Positions 36,305 to 46,715 of a DNA stretch of 64,000 nt are shown one piece after another. The notes under the pieces are model-generated. The model saw only the letters and a list, made by a program, of their open reading frames with translations. It was not told where the DNA came from and did no database searches. Numbering within the stretch: the stretch's first letter is position 1; every line of letters starts with the position of its first letter. The stretch covers positions 13,381 through 77,380 of the forward strand of contig JAVBNI010000087.1 of assembly GCA_031551645.1 (NCBI GenBank), read 5' to 3'. The DNA comes from Bacteroidales bacterium. GTDB taxonomy: Bacteria > Bacteroidota > Bacteroidia > Bacteroidales > UBA4181. Made by a program: the position numbers and the translations under genes.

Positions 36305-37972
36305 ATGATGATGAACAGACGTAACTTTGTGAAAAAAGCTGGAATAGGAACAGCTGCTTCAATGGGTTTGGGCACGATTGTTTCTTCGACAGCTTGTAGT
36401 GGCATGCAGGAAAAAGCCAGCGATGCCCGTGACGGACAGGTACTTTTTATCGGCGAAAATATTGCCGTTGCCGATACAATTTACGGGAAAGTGAAAGGAT
36501 ATGTCATGAATGGCATCCAGACTTTCCTGGGAATACCTTATGGCGCTGACACATCGAAAAAAAACCGGTTTATGGCGCCGCAAAAACCCGAACCATGGAC
36601 AGATATTCGTCCGGCTGTGTTTTATGGCGATACTGCACCACAAATCATGGACAACCGTTTTCCCAACCGTTACAGTACTTTTGTCGACCACTGGAACTAC
36701 TATGATGTAAGTGAGAATTGCCTGATGTTGAACATCTGGACTCCGGCCATAGCCGACGGGGGTAAACGCCCTGTATTGGTTTGGCTGCACGGCGGAGGAT
36801 TCACCAATGGTAACGGCATTGAACATGATGGCTACCATGGCGAGAACATCAGCCGTTATGGTAATATCGTATATTGTTCTATCAACCATCGTTTGGGGCC
36901 AATCGGATTCTCAGATCTTTCAGGCGTTGGCGGCGAAAAATACAAGGATTCGGGCAATGTAGGAATGCTGGACATTGTAGCTGCTCTGGAATGGATAAAG
37001 GACAATATTGCCAATTTTGGCGGCGATCCCGGCAATGTGACCGTGATTGGGCAATCGGGTGGCGGAGCCAAGGTATGTGCTGTAGCAGCCATGCCATCTG
37101 TAAAAGGGTTGTTGCACAAAGGCGTTTCGCTCAGCGGCTCGATGGTCGAGGCACAAAGCCAGGATAATTCTCGTTTGCTGGGAAGCTATATTCTTAAGGA
37201 AGCAGGGTTGAAAAATATCGAAGTTGACAAACTGCAGGAAATTCCCTGGCGGGAATATTTGGACATTGCATACCGGGCGCTTAGCAAGTTCAATAATGAA
37301 AATCCTGCGACAGGACAAGTGCGGAGAGGATTTGCACCGGTAGCAGATGGGATTCATATTCCGAAAGGTATTTTCTATTCGGGACAATCCGACTCACCCA
37401 ATATCCCGATGATCTTTTGCACAACTTTTCATGAATGGAACCCCGACCGGGATGATGCTTCCCTCGAACAGATCACCCTAGAAGGAGTAACAGAAAAGAT
37501 AAAAGGGCGCTTTGGCGATAAAGCTGCCGGCATTGTGGATGCGTATGCAAAGAATTTTCCCGACCTACGTCCCATTGAATTATGGGCCATGATCGTGTCC
37601 AACCGGCAGGCTGTGGTAAAATCGGCCAATGCAAAATTGAAACAAAGATCGCAGGTTTATATGGCCTGGTTTGGATGGCAGTCGCCTTTGTTCGATAACC
37701 GGATGCGTGCTTTCCACTGTTCAGATATCTGTTTCTGGTTTGCCAATACCGATCGTATGGTGACACATACCGGCGGAGGCGCACGCCCCAGAAGATTATC
37801 GGTAAAAATGGCAGACGCATTGCTTCATTTCATGCGTAATGGCGATCCTAATTCCGGTTCGTTACCTCAATGGCCCCGGTATACCGAAGATAATGGCGAA
37901 ATCATGGTATTGAATGACGAATGTTCCGTGCAAAATGATCCCGACCGGGAAGCACGTAAATCTTTTGTATAG
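36305..37972 (+). CDS. Type-B carboxylesterase/lipase with twin-arginine (Tat) signal
   Basis: Tat-like N-terminus MMMNRRNFVKKAGIGTAAS...STACSG. The VWLHGGGF and GQSGGG nucleophile elbow motifs are also present. Confidence 0.8.
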   Translation: MMMNRRNFVKKAGIGTAASMGLGTIVSSTACSGMQEKASDARDGQVLFIGENIAVADTIYGKVKGYVMNGIQTFLGIPYGADTSKKNRFMAPQKPEPWTDIRPAVFYGDTAPQIMDNRFPNRYSTFVDHWNYYDVSENCLMLNIWTPAIADGGKRPVLVWLHGGGFTNGNGIEHDGYHGENISRYGNIVYCSINHRLGPIGFSDLSGVGGEKYKDSGNVGMLDIVAALEWIKDNIANFGGDPGNVTVIGQSGGGAKVCAVAAMPSVKGLLHKGVSLSGSMVEAQSQDNSRLLGSYILKEAGLKNIEVDKLQEIPWREYLDIAYRALSKFNNENPATGQVRRGFAPVADGIHIPKGIFYSGQSDSPNIPMIFCTTFHEWNPDRDDASLEQITLEGVTEKIKGRFGDKAAGIVDAYAKNFPDLRPIELWAMIVSNRQAVVKSANAKLKQRSQVYMAWFGWQSPLFDNRMRAFHCSDICFWFANTDRMVTHTGGGARPRRLSVKMADALLHFMRNGDPNSGSLPQWPRYTEDNGEIMVLNDECSVQNDPDREARKSFV

Positions 37973-37996
37973 AGAAAACAACGAAGTAGAATAAAT

Positions 37997-38650
37997 ATGA
38001 CAAAAAGAATTTTCATTTGCTTGCTGGCAGTTATTTTAAATCAAATAATTATGGCTCAAAGTTTGGAAAAGATGCAGTGGTTCAATGAACCTGAGATGTG
38101 GGAGATAAAAAACAACACACTAAACATATTTGTAACTCCGCAAAGTGATTACTGGCGCATATCGCATTACGGATTCACGGTAGACGACGCTCCGTTCTAC
38201 TATGCCACTTACGGGGGCGAATTTGAAGCAAAAGTAAAGATTACAGGCGAATATAAAGAGCGTTTCGATCAAATGGGGTTGATGCTTCGTGTTGATCACG
38301 AAAATTGGATAAAAGCAGGGATAGAATACGTAGACGGAAAATATAACCTAAGCGCTGTAGTGACACACAAAACAAGCGACTGGAGTGTTATTTCCTTAGA
38401 TAAGACTCTTCCTTTTGTATGGATAAAAGCAATAAGGAGACTTGATGCAGTTGAGATATTCTATTCTTATGATGACAAGACTTATACGATGATGCGCAAT
38501 GCACATCTTCAGGATAATATTCCTGTGATGGTCGGACTGATGGCTGCATCGCCGGACGGCAAGGGGTTTAATGCCAAATTCGAGAATTTCAAGGTAACCC
38601 ACCTTCCCGACTTGAGACGGTTGCAGTGGCTGAAAAACAACAAGGAATAA
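37997..38650 (+). CDS. DUF1349-family (concanavalin-like) protein
   Basis: Begins MQWFNEPEMWEIKNNTLNIFVTPQSDYWR..., which is typical of the family. Length 217 aa. Confidence 0.6.
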   Translation: MTKRIFICLLAVILNQIIMAQSLEKMQWFNEPEMWEIKNNTLNIFVTPQSDYWRISHYGFTVDDAPFYYATYGGEFEAKVKITGEYKERFDQMGLMLRVDHENWIKAGIEYVDGKYNLSAVVTHKTSDWSVISLDKTLPFVWIKAIRRLDAVEIFYSYDDKTYTMMRNAHLQDNIPVMVGLMAASPDGKGFNAKFENFKVTHLPDLRRLQWLKNNKE

Positions 38651-38718
38651 ATCTGCGAAATTCCATTAAGTAACGTGTAAAAAATAAGTTGGTCATTGCA
38701 ATTGACCTATTAGGTTTT

Positions 38719-38892
38719 AATGTCATTTACTTAAGCCGCATTATTCTGTCTTCACCCCTTAAACTTAGCGAAGCAGTCTCACAGAGTGGCGATGTGTCCG
38801 CCATTATCGTGGCGATGTGTCAACCATTATAAGGGAAGAGTGTCTCCCATTATAATGGCGAAATCGCCGACAGTCGTTAAGTAAACGACATT
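38719..38892. repeat. Inverted-repeat-flanked cluster of about 23-bp tandem repeats
   Basis: The inverted repeat is AATGTCATTTACTTAA (38719-38734) against TTAAGTAAACGACATT (38877-38892), matching 15 of 16. The units lie at 38786-38808, 38809-38831 and 38832-38854, with partial units on each flank. Confidence 0.8.
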
Positions 38893-38985
38893 GTATTAGG
38901 TTTTCAAAACCTGATAGAATGCTTATTATACAAAATGTCAGTGACAACAGGCGAAGTGCCTGTTTGTTACCTGTTAATGCTATTA

Positions 38986-40212
38986 TTAAAAAGAACTGTG
39001 CGTTTTTGCCGGTTCAAATCTTTCTGCGATCATTTCTGCGATGGTTTCACCAATAGCCAATGATGCGGTAGCAGCCGGCGAAGGTGCATTCAGAATATTG
39101 ATCATTAATTTGTCCTGATCGATCAGGAAGTCGTCGATTAATTTGCCATCACGCGTACAGGCTTGTGCACGAACTCCGGCACCACCCGGTACCAGGTCGT
39201 TTTTTTGTATTCCGGGGGATAATTTTTGCAATGCACGGGTAAATGCCTTTTTGTTATAACTGCGATAAAATTCGCCCAATCCTACGCGCCAGTATTTCCA
39301 CATCACTTTCATAAATCCCGGCCAGAACAACGAGCCCATTGTCTCGCCAACAGAAATATCCGATTTTTTATATCCTTCACGTTTGAATGCAAAAACGGCA
39401 TTAGGTCCGGCTTCGATACCTCCAGTGATACGACGGGTATAATGTACGCCCAGGAATGGGAATGCCGGATCGGGAACAGGGTACACCAGATTATTGATCA
39501 GGTGGTGTTTGTCTTTAGCCAATTCGTAATACTCTCCCCGGAATGGGATGATACGTACATCCGGTTTCATACCGCCCATGATAGCTATTTTATCACAATA
39601 CAACCCGGCTGTATTAACCACCAGCTTGGTTTCGAACGTTGCGTTGGCCGTTACCACTTCGCTCCAGTCTTCATGACGTTTGATCGCAATTACGCGATGA
39701 TCGGTGTGTATTTCTCCTCCATATCGGTTGACAAATATAGAGGCATATTTTTCGCTTACTGTCTTGTAGTCAACTATCCCGGTGTAGGGGACCCAAATTC
39801 CGGCCACTCCGGTAATACTCGATTCGTAATCCTTGATTTCAGCGGCGGTAATCATTTTATTCCGCGTCAAACCATTTTCAAGTCCTCTTTGATAAAGGCT
39901 TTCTAATCGCGGTAGTTCTTCTTTTGAAGTAGCAACAACAATTTTACCGCACAATTCGTATGGAATATTTTCCGCGTCGCAGAACTCGATCAATTTACTA
40001 TAACCTTTCAGGCAATTGGTCGCTTTCAAACTTCCGGGTTTGTAGTAAAGTCCCGAATGGATCACACCGCTGTTGTTGCCGGTTTGATGTGCCGCCAATG
40101 TCTTTTCTTTTTCCAGAAGAACAACCTTCAATTCCGGATTACTCTTTTTCAGTTGCATGGCTGTTGCGAGTCCAACGATGCCACCACCAATAATTACTAT
40201 GTCGTATTTCAT
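38986..40212 (-). CDS. lhgO: L-2-hydroxyglutarate oxidase/dehydrogenase
   Basis: The FAD fold starts MKYDIVIIGGGIVGLATA. Strong resemblance along its length to E. coli LhgO (HQTGxNSGVIHxGxYY, PFRGEY, NAPSPAAT). ATG at 40212. Confidence 0.85.
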   Translation of the reverse strand: MKYDIVIIGGGIVGLATAMQLKKSNPELKVVLLEKEKTLAAHQTGNNSGVIHSGLYYKPGSLKATNCLKGYSKLIEFCDAENIPYELCGKIVVATSKEELPRLESLYQRGLENGLTRNKMITAAEIKDYESSITGVAGIWVPYTGIVDYKTVSEKYASIFVNRYGGEIHTDHRVIAIKRHEDWSEVVTANATFETKLVVNTAGLYCDKIAIMGGMKPDVRIIPFRGEYYELAKDKHHLINNLVYPVPDPAFPFLGVHYTRRITGGIEAGPNAVFAFKREGYKKSDISVGETMGSLFWPGFMKVMWKYWRVGLGEFYRSYNKKAFTRALQKLSPGIQKNDLVPGGAGVRAQACTRDGKLIDDFLIDQDKLMINILNAPSPAATASLAIGETIAEMIAERFEPAKTHSSF

Positions 40213-40243
40213 CAAAAATGCCTTTATGTCCTTGTAGGTGTTT

Positions 40244-41767
40244 CTATTTGACTGTTTGCAATATCCTGTCGATTCTCCTTATTACTTCTTCCTTGCCCAG
40301 CATATTGGCTATAACCTGTAGATCGGGTCCAAAAGTTCCACCCACCAGGGCGATACGGAGTGGGATCATCACTTGTCCCATACCCAAACCTTTTTCTTCC
40401 GAATAGGCCTGTAATGAATCGTGAATATGTTCTTCCGAAAAGTCGGCCAAACCATTCAGAATATTCTTTACATCCTGCATAATAGCCGGAGTATTTTCCT
40501 TCCAGCGTTTCTTTATGACTGCTTCATCGTAACTTTCGGGTGCAATAAAGAAGAACGAAGCCTGATCCCAGATTTCAGAAACAAAATTAACACGTTCTTT
40601 TACTAAGCCGCATACTTTGGCAACATATGTAAAACCGGATGATATGCTTTTATTTTCCAATACCTTGGAGAATAATTCAGCAAGTTCTTCATCGGATTTT
40701 GCAACAAGATATTCGTGGTTGAACCAGTGCGCTTTCTTAAGGTCAAATTTAGCCCCCGATTTACTGATACGATCCAACGAAAAAAGTTCAATGAGCTGAC
40801 TCATGTCAAAAAGTTCCTGCTCTGTTCCGGGATTCCAACCCAATAAAGCAAGCATGTTGATCACAGCTTCGGGGAAATAACCATTTTCGCGATATCCGGA
40901 TGATATTTCTTTTGTTGCAGGATCAGTCCATTGGAGCGGAAACACAGGAAATCCAAGCCTGTCGCCGTCACGCTTACTGAGCTTGCCATTTCCGTCCGGT
41001 TTAAGAAGCAAAGGCAAATGGGCAAAACGCGGCATGGTATCCTCCCAGCCAAAGGCCTTATACAGCAAGACATGAAGCGGTGCGGAAGGTAGCCATTCTT
41101 CCCCCCGGATCACGTGGGTAATTTCCATCGTATGGTCATCCACAATGTTTGCCAAATGATAGGTTGGCATACCATCGGACTTAAACAACACTTTATCATC
41201 CAGCAAACTGGAATTAACCACCACTTCGCCACGAATCAAGTCGTCAACATGAATTTCGGTATCGGCAGGGAATTTGAAACGTACCACATACGGCATCCCG
41301 TCATTGAGACGTTGCTGAACTTCTTCGACAGACAGGGTAAGCGAATTGCACATGGCATCACGTGTAGAAGCATCGTACTGGAATGTTTTCTTTTCCTGTT
41401 CGTATTCTTTTCTTTTCGCTTCCAGGTCTTCCGGCGTATCGAATGCATAATAAGCCCAACCACCATTGATCAACTGGCCAGCATATTCGCGATACATCGG
41501 TTTACGATCCGACTGACGATAGGGAGCATATTTGCCGCCTACGTGCACTCCTTCGTCAAATTCGATGCCCAGCCAGGTGAGCGCTTCGATGATATATTCT
41601 TCCGCGCCCGGAACAAAACGGGTCTGATCCGTATCCTCGATCCGGAGGATCATGCTGCCGCCATGTTGTCTGGCAAACAGATAATTATATAATGCCGTAC
41701 GGACTCCGCCAATATGTAATGGTCCGGTGGGGCTGGGTGCAAAACGCACACGTATCTTTCCTTCCAT
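40244..41767 (-). CDS. gltX: Glutamate--tRNA ligase
   Basis: [19 protein letters not shown] (HIGH motif) and KLSKR (KMSKS motif) are both present. Confidence 0.95.
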   Translation of the reverse strand: MEGKIRVRFAPSPTGPLHIGGVRTALYNYLFARQHGGSMILRIEDTDQTRFVPGAEEYIIEALTWLGIEFDEGVHVGGKYAPYRQSDRKPMYREYAGQLINGGWAYYAFDTPEDLEAKRKEYEQEKKTFQYDASTRDAMCNSLTLSVEEVQQRLNDGMPYVVRFKFPADTEIHVDDLIRGEVVVNSSLLDDKVLFKSDGMPTYHLANIVDDHTMEITHVIRGEEWLPSAPLHVLLYKAFGWEDTMPRFAHLPLLLKPDGNGKLSKRDGDRLGFPVFPLQWTDPATKEISSGYRENGYFPEAVINMLALLGWNPGTEQELFDMSQLIELFSLDRISKSGAKFDLKKAHWFNHEYLVAKSDEELAELFSKVLENKSISSGFTYVAKVCGLVKERVNFVSEIWDQASFFFIAPESYDEAVIKKRWKENTPAIMQDVKNILNGLADFSEEHIHDSLQAYSEEKGLGMGQVMIPLRIALVGGTFGPDLQVIANMLGKEEVIRRIDRILQTVK

Positions 41768-41795
41768 TTTTGATTAATTTCAAGCTACATATTAG

Positions 41796-41839
41796 AACTT
41801 TCCAACTTGCAACCTGTAACTTTCCAACTTTCAATTTAA
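41796..41839. repeat. Degenerate 7/8-bp-periodic tract (AACTTTC-like units) just downstream of the thrA stop
   Basis: Read directly: AACTTTCC AACTTGC AACCTGT AACTTTCC AACTTTC AATTTAA. Confidence 0.7.
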
Positions 41840-41842
41840 TAT

Positions 41843-44278
41843 TTATACATTCGCAACCCGGATCACATCTGCAAAGACGCCTGCAGCCGTCACTTCGGCT
41901 CCTGCGCCATACCCTTTGATCACCATGGGCTGTTCGAAATAGCGGGCTGTGGTCAGCATGATGATATTATTGCTTCCTTCCAGCTCGTATGACGGATGTT
42001 TGCTGTCCACACTTTGCAGCCCGATAGACAGTTTTCCATTGTCGAGCGTGGCAATGAAACGCCATTTTTTGTTTTGGGCGGCAAGTTCCTTACGACGGGC
42101 TTCAAAATCGGCATCAAGAGCTTCCACTTTTTTCCAAAAATCGTCCAAACTACCTTCAAAACAATCTTCCGGCAGGAAAGTATGTACCTCAATGTCCTTT
42201 TTTTCGATGGGATAACCTGATTCTCGAGCAAGGATAATTAATTTGCGTACCACATCAGTACCACTGAGATCCAATCGCGGATCGGGTTCCGAGAACCCTT
42301 TTTCCTTGGCCAGCCGGATAGCTTTACTCATCGGTACATCTTCACTCAATACATTGAAAATAAAATTAAGCGTACCCGAAACTACTGCATCGATTTTCAA
42401 TATTTTGTCACCACTTCGTATCAGGTCGGTAATTGTATTGATTACCGGAAGACCTGCACCTACGTTCGTCTCGAAAGTAAAACGAACGCCATGTTCCTTG
42501 GCATTTTCTTTCAACGACTTGTACAAACTATATTCCGACGAACATGCGATTTTATTTGCAGTCACCACCGAAATGTAATGTTCAAACAATCTGCCATATG
42601 AAGAAGCGACCACCTCGTTGCCGGTACAATCAATAAATACGCTGTTGCGCATGTTCAATTCAAATATCTTGTCGGTATATTGATGTATATTAAACGGTTC
42701 GCCTTTTTGCTCCAAAGCTTCTGCATAAGCCATCGGTTCAATACCGCCACGTTCGATGCACATCCTACGCGAATTGGCAACTCCTATCAGGTTAATTTTC
42801 AGTCTCAGGTCTTCCATCAATATATCCCGCTGACTTTGTATTTGTTGTAACAAGCTCCGACCAACATTACCTACGCCAACCAGGAACAGGTGTAATTCCT
42901 TGTAATTCGAAAGGAAAAAGCCTTCGTGAATGGCATTAAGCGCTTTACGCAAATTGTTGCGTTTGATCACTACCGAAATATTCAACTCCGACGAACCTTG
43001 GGCAGTAGCTATTACGCTAATCCCATTGCGTGCCAGGGAACGAAATAATGTAGCCGATATTCCCGGAGTATTGCGCATACGTTCGCCAACAATGGCAATA
43101 ATAGATAGATCCCTTTCTACCTGCAACTTGATCTCTCCCGACGTGTTGATTTTGGGATAAAACTCCTTATAGATGGCTTCTACGGCAATATCAGCTTCGT
43201 CAGGTCTTACAGCTATTGTAAGCGAATATTCCGATGATGCCTGTGTTACCATAATGACATTGACCTTGTGATCGGACAATACTTTGAAGAACCGTGCCGA
43301 AACATTGGTAATGCCCACTAACCCGGTACCTTGTAAAGAGATCAACGATATATCCGCAATGGATGAAATACCTTTAATAAGGGAAGATGTCTCACCTTCG
43401 GAAGCATTCCGGTTATAAATCAGTGTTCCCTTTGCCTCGGGATTATATGTATTCCTAATATTAATCGGAATATTTTTTTCATAAACAGGCCGGATGGTTG
43501 GCGAAAAAATCACTGATGCTCCGAAATGCGATAGTTCGATAGCCTCCGAATAAGACAAATATTCGATGGGTTGCGCTTTGGAGATAATTTCCGGGTCGGC
43601 AGTCATAAAACCGTCTACATTCATCCATAATTCGAGTTTGGATGCATTCAGAGCAGCTGCAATGGTAGCAGCTACATAATCTGCTCCCCGTTGTCCCAGG
43701 TTGGTGATGGTTCCGTTTTTGTTACCGGCCATGTATCCCGGAAGAACAGCCGTATGGTTGAGATTTGTAAATCGTTCGGCAATCAGGCGGTCACTTTCCT
43801 CGAAATCGATTTTGGCATCCATGTATCCCGAGCTGGTACGTATCAGCTCGCAAGTGTTGTGGTAACGGGCATTGGTCACAATACTGCCGAGCACAAAAGC
43901 CGATAACCGTACGCCCACACTCAGTATCCGTGCACGGGTTTTGGGCGTGAGATCCTGCAGAAGATATAATCCATAAAGGGTATCTTCATATTCTCCCAGA
44001 ATACGTTGGACTTCGGATAATACCATCGTCCGGTGCTCCACAGGCACCAACGCATTTACTACATCGAAATGCAGTTTTGCAATTGGATGAATACCGCTTT
44101 TATATTGCTCGTCATGCTGTACGGCCTGTTGTGCCAAAGCGAGCAACTGGTGGGTCACCCCTTCAAAAGCAGACACTACCACAATGCAGGGCGAATCCTG
44201 CGATTCAATGATTTGTTGTACTAAACTTACCGAACGGGCATCGCACATGGATGACCCGCCAAACTTGAGAACCTTCAT
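41843..44278 (-). CDS. thrA: Bifunctional aspartokinase / homoserine dehydrogenase
   Basis: N-terminal MKVLKFGGSS aspartokinase, followed by ACT regions and a C-terminal homoserine dehydrogenase. Length 811 aa. Confidence 0.9.
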   Translation of the reverse strand: MKVLKFGGSSMCDARSVSLVQQIIESQDSPCIVVVSAFEGVTHQLLALAQQAVQHDEQYKSGIHPIAKLHFDVVNALVPVEHRTMVLSEVQRILGEYEDTLYGLYLLQDLTPKTRARILSVGVRLSAFVLGSIVTNARYHNTCELIRTSSGYMDAKIDFEESDRLIAERFTNLNHTAVLPGYMAGNKNGTITNLGQRGADYVAATIAAALNASKLELWMNVDGFMTADPEIISKAQPIEYLSYSEAIELSHFGASVIFSPTIRPVYEKNIPINIRNTYNPEAKGTLIYNRNASEGETSSLIKGISSIADISLISLQGTGLVGITNVSARFFKVLSDHKVNVIMVTQASSEYSLTIAVRPDEADIAVEAIYKEFYPKINTSGEIKLQVERDLSIIAIVGERMRNTPGISATLFRSLARNGISVIATAQGSSELNISVVIKRNNLRKALNAIHEGFFLSNYKELHLFLVGVGNVGRSLLQQIQSQRDILMEDLRLKINLIGVANSRRMCIERGGIEPMAYAEALEQKGEPFNIHQYTDKIFELNMRNSVFIDCTGNEVVASSYGRLFEHYISVVTANKIACSSEYSLYKSLKENAKEHGVRFTFETNVGAGLPVINTITDLIRSGDKILKIDAVVSGTLNFIFNVLSEDVPMSKAIRLAKEKGFSEPDPRLDLSGTDVVRKLIILARESGYPIEKKDIEVHTFLPEDCFEGSLDDFWKKVEALDADFEARRKELAAQNKKWRFIATLDNGKLSIGLQSVDSKHPSYELEGSNNIIMLTTARYFEQPMVIKGYGAGAEVTAAGVFADVIRVANV

Positions 44279-44310
44279 AAACTAATATAAATTAGAAGCC
44301 CCCTCCCTAG

Positions 44311-44445
44311 CCCTCCCCCATTTAGGGGGAGGGAATTGCGCCACCCAAAGGTAGTGGGCAACAATCAAAGACACATAAAATATACATATCATTTGTCAAT
44401 TTTCCACTAATCCGTACGTCACCCCCTCCCCACATGTGGGGAGGG
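44311..44445. repeat. Two GC-rich hairpins sharing the CCCTCCCC/GGGGAGGG stem
   Basis: Hairpin 1 is 44311-44333 (9-bp stem, loop ATTTA). The second is 44424-44445, the 22-bp perfect palindrome CCCTCCCCACATGTGGGGAGGG. Confidence 0.85.
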
Positions 44446-44460
44446 AGCCGGGGGTGGGGC

Positions 44461-45342
44461 TTATTCTGCACTTATAGCATTTACATTTGCATTGGTTTTC
44501 TTTACCAGGCCTTGTAATACCTTACCTGGACCAACTTCGATAAAATCGGTAGCGCCATCGGCTATCATATTGATGACCGATTGCGTCCAACGGACCGGTG
44601 CGGTAAGTTGGGCTACCAGATTGGCTTTAATCTGTGAAGGATCAGTAACGGCATTAGCTGTTACATTCTGATAAACAGGGCAAATTGGTTGTGAAAACAC
44701 TGTTTCGTTGATAGCCTGTTCGAGCGATACACGTGCAGGCTCCATCAAGGGTGAATGGAAAGCGCCACCCACCTGTAATTTCAGTGCCCGTTTTGCTCCG
44801 GCTTCCTTTAATTTTTCGCAAGCTTCGTCAATGGCTGCAACAGCGCCTGAAATCACCAATTGTCCCGGACAATTATAATTAGCTGGAACCACGATCCCTT
44901 TAACGGCCTTACATATTTCTTCTACTTTGGCATCATCCAATCCCAAAACCGCAGCCATGGTGGAAGGTTCAGCTTCACAGGCTTTCTGCATAGCCTGTGC
45001 ACGTTTCGATACCAATACCAAGCCGTCTTCGAACGAGAGCGCACGGCAAGCTACCAATGCCGAAAATTCACCCAGGGAATGCCCGGCGACCATATCAGGA
45101 CGGAAACTGTCGCCCAACATATTGGTCAACACAACTGAATGAAGAAAAATAGCCGGTTGGGTTACTTTTGTTTGTTTGAGGTCGTCTTCTGTGCCATTAA
45201 ACATCATGTCGGTAATGCGGAAGCCAAGTATGTCGTTGGCTTTTTCAAACATCGCGCGTGCATGTTCCGACTTATCGTACATATCCTTCCCCATCCCGGG
45301 ATACTGCGCTCCCTGTCCGGGAAATACGTATGCTATTTTCAT
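44461..45342 (-). CDS. fabD: Malonyl-CoA:ACP transacylase
   Basis: FPGQGAQYPGMG and the active-site GHSLGEFSAL motif are both present. Confidence 0.95.
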   Translation of the reverse strand: MKIAYVFPGQGAQYPGMGKDMYDKSEHARAMFEKANDILGFRITDMMFNGTEDDLKQTKVTQPAIFLHSVVLTNMLGDSFRPDMVAGHSLGEFSALVACRALSFEDGLVLVSKRAQAMQKACEAEPSTMAAVLGLDDAKVEEICKAVKGIVVPANYNCPGQLVISGAVAAIDEACEKLKEAGAKRALKLQVGGAFHSPLMEPARVSLEQAINETVFSQPICPVYQNVTANAVTDPSQIKANLVAQLTAPVRWTQSVINMIADGATDFIEVGPGKVLQGLVKKTNANVNAISAE

Positions 45343-45428
45343 GAATAAAAATAAATTTTAAAATAAGAAGGCAAAGGTAGAAAAATTGTAGATAGAAAGA
45401 TCAGGTTATTACTCAGGACACCTTTATT

Positions 45429-46373
45429 TCATTTTTCGACCGAAATGTATGGCATTACCCGATTAGCTTCTTCCTGTGTCAGGATATTATTTTTCACCAA
45501 TTCGTCCATATTGTTAATAGTCCCCTGTAGTTTCCGGTAATTTAGGATTCCCCGTGTTTGCTGTTCGTTGAGATAAGGATGGCTAACTAAATCTTTGAAT
45601 GTAGCGCGATTGATGAATATTTTTCTAACCAGCAGACTATCGGCGGAAAGACTTGGTGTGAGACGATCCATTAATTCTGTTTTAATTCCATATACTTCAT
45701 CCAATTGTGACACTTTAGCATAGCCTCCTATACGGTTCCGGTATTTTATGATACGCGAGGCCAGCACCGGGCCGATACCCGGTAACTGCGTCAACTCAGT
45801 GCTATCGGCTGTGTTAAGCTCTATATGTACTATTTTTTTCGACGGAATCGATAAAGTATCGCGTGCTCTGGTCTCCTTTACCTGTATGTCAACTTTTCTA
45901 ACAGGCTCTTTAGGTGGTGGTTTCTCGCCGGCAATCACGATATACGGTTCCAGGGCTTCGTATTGAGCAACGGAAATAGTGTAGAGCTTTCGGAAATCTT
46001 CCTTTTTCCTGAAGCGCCCACCTTTGGCCTGATAATTCCTGATATTACGGATTTGCCGATTGTTAAGACCAAGTTTTTCCCAATCCTTATCGGTCGCAGT
46101 ATTGGGATCAAAATAGAAAAGCTCTATTGTTGATGGATGAAAATCATCTGCCGTTCCTGTGTTCTTTGTCAGATTTACTGAATCAACCGCTTTCTGGAAT
46201 GATGCGATTTCCGCTTCAAATGTCGTTGGATCGGAAGGCTTGTGTTCCATCCAACGAGGCAGTAACAGCTTGACACAAAACACCACAAGGATAACTACGC
46301 ATAAAACTGTTATCCCGTAACGCTCGGAACGCGTAAAATTAAGGTATTTTTTCAGGAATGATTTCCAAGGCAT
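45429..46373 (-). CDS. ComEA-like helix-hairpin-helix DNA-binding membrane protein
   Basis: N-terminal TM helix. An HhH motif (LTQLPGIGPVLASRIIKYR) plus a second HhH-like segment. Confidence 0.65.
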   Translation of the reverse strand: MPWKSFLKKYLNFTRSERYGITVLCVVILVVFCVKLLLPRWMEHKPSDPTTFEAEIASFQKAVDSVNLTKNTGTADDFHPSTIELFYFDPNTATDKDWEKLGLNNRQIRNIRNYQAKGGRFRKKEDFRKLYTISVAQYEALEPYIVIAGEKPPPKEPVRKVDIQVKETRARDTLSIPSKKIVHIELNTADSTELTQLPGIGPVLASRIIKYRNRIGGYAKVSQLDEVYGIKTELMDRLTPSLSADSLLVRKIFINRATFKDLVSHPYLNEQQTRGILNYRKLQGTINNMDELVKNNILTQEEANRVMPYISVEK

Positions 46374-46379
46374 CTCCCA

Positions 46380-46715
46380 TTATTCCTCGTAACTTTCTGA
46401 CGAAGATGCAATATTATCCGGATTTTCGTCATCCTTGGTGTCGAAATCGGAATCGGAATCAGATGCATCATTGTTACTTGACCCAAATTGTTTTTCGAAT
46501 TCTTCTTCGGTGAGATTATCTATTTTCACATCAACCTTCACCAAATAACTAACATTGTTAAAATCAATAGTAATTGCATGAAAAAAATCACCGCTTGGTT
46601 TTTGCACTTTGATAATGGCATCACCATACCCAGTGGGATATTTTTCCTTGAGAGCCTGTAATACTTCAACCGGACAATTTTTATAACTTACAACCAGTCT
46701 CTTCTTTTGTTCCAT
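46380..46715 (-). CDS. Hypothetical small protein with acidic Ser/Asp-rich tail
   Basis: ATG-initiated ORF, tightly spaced with the downstream gene (6-nt gap). I recognise no family. Confidence 0.45.
   Translation of the reverse strand: MEQKKRLVVSYKNCPVEVLQALKEKYPTGYGDAIIKVQKPSGDFFHAITIDFNNVSYLVKVDVKIDNLTEEEFEKQFGSSNNDASDSDSDFDTKDDENPDNIASSSESYEE

Noticed and set aside
39226-39906. Long antisense ORFs inside large genes. This 226-aa example lies opposite lhgO. Others are 41114-41692 opposite gltX, 62239-62943 opposite the helicase, 17971-18531 and 20221-20772 opposite susC, 50376-50927 opposite GH78, 12054-12542 and 12648-13133 opposite the PHP gene, 8158-8661 opposite the esterase, 2156-2689, and 36359-36889.
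   Set aside because: In each case the opposite strand encodes a protein with clear family motifs along its full length. The antisense products are motif-free shadow ORFs.
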